Positions 16,093 through 20,000 of a stretch of DNA of 20,000 nt are shown here, in pieces. Both the position numbers and the translations under genes were made by a program. Source of the stretch: an uncultured virus (IMG/VR IMGVR_UViG_2822507784_000003) (taxonomy: Duplodnaviria > Heunggongvirae > Uroviricota > Caudoviricetes); the IMG/VR virus record IMGVR_UViG_2822507784_000003, positions 56,567-76,566 of that record; one strand, 5' to 3'. The stretch's first letter is position 1; the number at the start of each line of letters is the position of its first letter. The notes under the pieces are model-generated. The model was not told the DNA's origin. It saw only the letters and a list, made by a program, of their open reading frames with translations, and searched no databases.

Positions 16093-16521
16093 ACATGATA
16101 AAAACCCTCAAGACCTTTAGTCAACATTAAATTCGAAGAAATACTGAAAAATATGAGATTGTTTAAGTCCTAGGGGAATGAGTTACTTAGGTAGAGGAAT
16201 AAATAAGGGATTTACTACTTACTTGGTTAGAGGATAAGGGGACGAATGATTAAAATATGTCCTATTGCAGAATTTGGTTTTACATATCGGATATAGTACG
16301 TGAAATTAAACTTATATAATTTTAGTTTGATTGGTATATAGTGATATTCTAGCAGTTGATGAAAAAGCACGTTGAGAAGTGATGAAGTAAACAGAAAAAA
16401 TATTGTTAGAAGATGTAGTGATTAACCTCAGTAAACAAAAATTAACTTTTATTGTATATTTTGAAAATAGATATTAATTAAGGTAATCTTAATTTAAACT
16501 AATAAGGGGAGGGATATCATT

Positions 16522-17463
16522 GTGAAAGTATTTAAATTAACTACAGAAAGTCATGCTCTTTTAGATTTGAATGAACAGAGCTGGGAAACTACTATTGCTT
16601 ATTATGAGAAGGAAACTCATAAGAGAGCGCCCTATTATTGTGATCTAAAAAAGAAAACCAGATATTTTGCTGTTTGTCCTGGTTGTAATAATCCGGTTCA
16701 ATTAGTAAATTTGTATGTTAATAAGAAATTACCAGACAACGAAAAGAAGCAATCCCCACATGCTAAACATCAACCGCATTCAGTTATTGGAATAGCAACT
16801 TATTATCAAGAAAAGTACGATACCTGTGAATTGAGACAGAGAACACCCTTCAGTGATACTGAGAAAAGAACTGGAACGGATGTACCAAATGAAATATTGC
16901 AGCTCATACAACGATATCCAGACATCTTATATAAACATATACGAAAAATAATAGGTATCAATTTTTCTAGACGCGTATTTGAGCGCATGATTGATAATTT
17001 TCTTCGTGCAAATGGACATTGTTATAAGCGTATTAATAAATTTAATTTGCCGTATGCTTTTCTATATATGCAAAAAAGTACAAGAATTATTAATCAACAT
17101 ATTACAGAAGGTCATGCTTATCAAAAAGAAATAATTGATTGTATACAAAATAGTAAATATTTTACTGTATCTGATAATAAAATTACACCTATTAACCCGA
17201 AGGTTGATGGGTTTGTAGAAATTGATTTTTACTTAACAAAACATAAAATTACACCAATTAAAAATATGATTACTCTCTGTATTACTGAATCTAAGGGAGG
17301 GGAAGTTGATAGTTTATTAGAAAAGGAATTTCCAGTAAATGAATCTGATTATATAAATGATATCAACGAGGCGATGGACAATGGGGATAATGAAATGGAT
17401 AGTAATAAAGCTAGATCTCAATTGAGAGAGATGGTACTCAATTGCATTGAAAAAAATAATTGA
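16522..17463 (+). CDS. Hypothetical protein with CxxC...H/C putative zinc-binding N-terminus
   Basis: 313-aa ORF, GTG start, RBS GGGGAGG, upstream TTGAAA-17-TAATCT (16461-16489). Motif CPGCNNPV...PHAKH...C. Confidence 0.75.
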   Translation: MKVFKLTTESHALLDLNEQSWETTIAYYEKETHKRAPYYCDLKKKTRYFAVCPGCNNPVQLVNLYVNKKLPDNEKKQSPHAKHQPHSVIGIATYYQEKYDTCELRQRTPFSDTEKRTGTDVPNEILQLIQRYPDILYKHIRKIIGINFSRRVFERMIDNFLRANGHCYKRINKFNLPYAFLYMQKSTRIINQHITEGHAYQKEIIDCIQNSKYFTVSDNKITPINPKVDGFVEIDFYLTKHKITPIKNMITLCITESKGGEVDSLLEKEFPVNESDYINDINEAMDNGDNEMDSNKARSQLREMVLNCIEKNN

Positions 17464-17645
17464 ATGAGAGGTTTAACATATGATATGTTACGCTTTCTAA
17501 TTAGAGAATCTGTTTTATAAAACGTGTCCACGATTTATGTCTTACTACATGTAATATTTGTTTAGTGTAATTTTTATGAATATATATAGTTTCATAAAGT
17601 TTTTGAGAAAAAGAAAGTATACTTTGATATTGTGTAATAAAGACA

Positions 17646-17677
17646 AGGCCCACCTACGGAAATAGGTGGGCTTTTTT
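17646..17677 (+). terminator. Intrinsic terminator
   Basis: AGGCCCACCTA-CGGAAA-TAGGTGGGCTT followed by a T run. Confidence 0.8.
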
Positions 17678-17937
17678 ATTGGGTATTACTATCTCAGTGC
17701 ACAAAAGGGAATTTGTATTTAAATAATAGCATATTCTTAAATTTATTATATTGAGAAATAAAGAAAAGACACCCAAAGGTGCCTTCCTCTGACTTGAACG
17801 ATCCTGTATTAATGCCGTTTCGATTAATAAATTGAATTATAAAAATAATTTGTTATACTTCCGTGTACCCTAGCTGATATAATGCATAAGGAAATTATTG
17901 GTTAATTAATAGTGCACATATATTAGGGAGGTACATA

Positions 17938-18255
17938 ATGTTAGAGGTAATTACGGCATTTTTCTTACTAATTTTCCATTCCATTGTTTATCTCTTTTCA
18001 AGTGGAGAAACTAAGCAAATAGCAAAAAATCATATAAAAGAAATTGTTAATAGTCCGGATGGAGTAATAATATTAATCGTTGCTGTGGCACTTTTAATCG
18101 GGGGGATATATTTATATTTTTATGGTTTCGGTTTATGAATACAAACTAAAACCATATCCAAGTATGCGTATTATGGTGGAGAATGGGACACAGGTGGTCT
18201 TTTTGGAGAAGCCAAATGTGTCTATAATAAAACTGATGAATCGGATAATAAATAA
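17938..18255 (+). pseudogene. Membrane protein gene probably interrupted by an in-frame TGA (18136-18138)
   Basis: A 66-aa two-TM ORF with RBS GGGAGG continues in frame after the TGA for 38 codons (IQTKTISKYAYYGGEWDTGGLFGEAKCVYNKTDESDNK*), ending just before a terminator. Confidence 0.55.
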
Positions 18256-18266
18256 TATACATAAAG

Positions 18267-18295
18267 AAAAGGCGCCCAGATAAGGGTGCCTTTTC
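18267..18295. terminator. Bidirectional terminator
   Basis: AAAAGGCGCCC-loop-GGGTGCCTTTT between convergent genes. Confidence 0.75.
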
Positions 18296-18305
18296 TAATA
18301 GTTTT

Positions 18306-18410
18306 TTAGCAGAAACAAGCAGCTCCAACAATGATTAATAATATAAACAATACAACTAATAAAGCAAACCCTCCAGCAAAGCTACAGCCACAACTACCAC
18401 CAAATCCCAT
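18306..18410 (-). CDS. yjcZ: YjcZ/SscA-family tiny transmembrane sporulation protein (34 aa, not in ORF track)
   Basis: MGFGGSCGCSFAGGFALLVVLFILLIIVGAACFC contains the family signature GFALLVVLFILLIIVG. RBS GGAGG. Confidence 0.9.
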   Translation of the reverse strand: MGFGGSCGCSFAGGFALLVVLFILLIIVGAACFC

Positions 18411-18515
18411 AATAGTTCCTCCTTTAAAATCGGAGGATAAAACAAGGGTTCACTCATGTATTTTAACGGATTCAATGTATTGTATTTTTTACGCATGAAT
18501 TGAGCAGGTCCTTTT

Positions 18516-18910
18516 GAAAAAGACATCATAAGGGAATTACAAGCCGATATTATTGTTTTAGAAAACGAAACTCTGTTTGATAGTCATAAATTTCGTGAGA
18601 TGGGAAGATTAATGGAAGACCAATTTTTATCTTTATTATCCTACGTTGCGGATCAAGAGCGTAAAAAATTTCGGAAAAGACAAGCGGAAGGGATTGTGGT
18701 GGCCAAAGCTCAAGGAAAACATTTAGGGCGCCCTCCACTTAACCTTTCAACATTAAGCCCAAAACAACTATTTATAATAGACGAAACCTATTCAAAGTGG
18801 AAAAAAGAGAAATAACGAGCATTAAATTTATGGAACTACTAGAACTTAAGAAAAATACTTTTTATAAGATACTAAAAGAATATGAAGAGAACAACTTACA
18901 ACCTAAATAA
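18516..18910 (+). pseudogene. Serine recombinase (resolvase) pseudogene
   Basis: Retains ...LSYVADQERKK.RKRQAEGI..AKAQGKHLGRP and, after a frameshift near 18810, a C-terminal HTH (FMELLELKKNTFYKILKE). The N-terminal catalytic YxRVS region is missing. Confidence 0.85.
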
Positions 18911-19195
18911 AGCGTATGAGCAGGATATTTCTTAAGGTAGGAGATTCGGCTCATTTTATGATTTTCATTAAAATGTGGACTATAACCCGTTATACGAACA
19001 ATGCTGGGCTCCCAAAGATATATAGAAGCGAATACGTGACGAAAAAACAGAATCAAGATGAAATGCTCATACAAACGATTAGAGTGGTTTAAGAGATTGA
19101 AAGTTAGTATGACTTGCGGAATTATCATTATCATTTGCACCAAAACAATTATTACCAAAAGATATTTTGTAGTAAAAAGAAGCAATTTATTTTTT

Positions 19196-19253
19196 AAATA
19201 TTGCAATATGATAAAATATGCAATATTGCATATTTTATCATATTGCAATATTT
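19196..19253. repeat. 58-bp perfect palindrome
   Basis: AAATATTGCAATATGATAAAATATGCAAT | ATTGCATATTTTATCATATTGCAATATTT. Confidence 0.95.
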
Positions 19254-19270
19254 CTGAAATTTAATATAAT
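19217..19270 (+). promoter_or_regulatory. PlcR box and sigma-A promoter upstream of bacteriocin precursors
   Basis: TATGCAATATTGCATA (19217-19232) fits the PlcR consensus TATGNAN4TNCATA. It is followed by TTGCAA (19243-19248), 16 nt, TATAAT (19265-19270). Confidence 0.75.
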
Positions 19271-19413
19271 GATTAGGAAGTGTCAATTTGTTAAATTTGT
19301 AATTTGAACCAATAAAAAACAATAAAAAACAATTATTGGCATGATGTGTGCTTGGATTTAAAATCCTCGCATCCTATTTATTAGGTAATATAAATGATAA
19401 GGAGGGATTCAAG

Positions 19414-19671
19414 ATGGAAATGTCAGAAAAGAAAGTTTTAGGTTTAACATCAGCTGCTATTCTAGGAACATTAGGTGTAGGTTTTCAGGCCATAGCTACT
19501 TTAGGAGTTTCTGAAGTAGTTGCAACGAATCTATACTATGCGCTTAATGTAATTGGATGGGGTGCAACTGCAGCTGCGATTGTTTCTTCAGCTGGACTGG
19601 GTGCTGTTGCAGCTCAAGCAATTTGGGCTGCTGTTAAGAAAAAAACTATACAGCAATTTGTTAAATGGTAA
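19414..19671 (+). CDS. Circular (class IIc, head-to-tail) bacteriocin-like precursor 1
   Basis: Start moved to ATG 19414 behind AGGAGG. 85 aa, Ala/Gly-rich hydrophobic core starting near 'IATLGVS', cationic patch VKKK and terminal Trp, as in uberolysin/amylocyclicin-type precursors. Confidence 0.75.
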   Translation: MEMSEKKVLGLTSAAILGTLGVGFQAIATLGVSEVVATNLYYALNVIGWGATAAAIVSSAGLGAVAAQAIWAAVKKKTIQQFVKW

Positions 19672-19712
19672 GAATATTAATTTTAAAATATTAAAAAAGG
19701 TGGTTTATTAAT

Positions 19713-20000
19713 ATGGAAATGTCAGAAAAAAAGATTTTTAATGTAGAAATGTCAGAAAAGAAAGTTTTCGTTGCAACATCAGCTGCTATTCTAGGAACAT
19801 TGGGATTAGGCTATCAAGCTATGACTACTTTAGGTCTTTCTGCTACTGTTGCAGGTAATTTATATTTTGCACTTGATGTAATTGGATGGGGTGCAACTGC
19901 AGCTGCAATCATTTCTTCAGCTGGTATTGGTGGCGTTGCGGTACAAGCGGTTTGGGCAGCTGTTAAGAAGAAAACTTTTGCACAATTTAAGAAATGGTAA
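19713..20000 (+). CDS. Circular bacteriocin-like precursor 2 (paralog)
   Basis: 95 aa, closely similar to precursor 1 (ATSAAILGTLG, VIGWGATAAAI, WAAVKKKT...KW), with a duplicated EMSEKK in the leader. Confidence 0.75.
   Translation: MEMSEKKIFNVEMSEKKVFVATSAAILGTLGLGYQAMTTLGLSATVAGNLYFALDVIGWGATAAAIISSAGIGGVAVQAVWAAVKKKTFAQFKKW

Noticed and set aside
15615..16100. Group II intron or degraded rep gene
   Set aside because: No recognisable domain V/VI or reverse transcriptase remnant, and no Rep-like reading-frame fragments were seen. Only a database search can fully exclude this.
18862..19264. ORFs 18862-19248 (-) and 19058-19264 (+)
   Set aside because: They overlap the palindromic promoter region, lack an RBS and do not look protein-like.

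Overview
AT-rich DNA that looks like a Bacillus cereus-group plasmid prophage (phage-plasmid). Bases 1-5332 are the end of a siphophage late operon: distal tail, large tail spike, XhlA-like protein, SPP1-type holin and Amidase_3 endolysin. Bases 5410-12897 are accessory genes: two SLH surface proteins, a LexA-boxed Y-family polymerase/YolD pair, a Gly/Trp-rich repeat peptide, an XRE regulator divergent from an FtsK-ATPase / Replic_Relax / VirB2-pilin-like triplet, and a sigma-H-driven RacA-like MerR protein. Bases 13014-15136 are a type Ib-like ParA partition locus with three AAATAGGG repeat clusters. The most unusual part is 15160-16100, where a Rep gene would be expected but none is present. 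It holds a ~175-nt minus-strand RNA (sigma-A promoter, four UUGG-loop hairpins, terminator), a plus-strand attenuator-like hairpin and ~500 nt of GC-richer, highly structured non-coding sequence, suggesting an antisense-controlled RNA-based (ColE1-like) replicon. Bases 16522-20000 carry a CxxC orphan, a nonsense-interrupted membrane gene, a YjcZ-family sporulation peptide, a resolvase pseudogene, and two tandem circular-bacteriocin-like precursors behind a PlcR box inside a 58-bp perfect palindrome. All family calls come from motif recognition by eye, not database searches.
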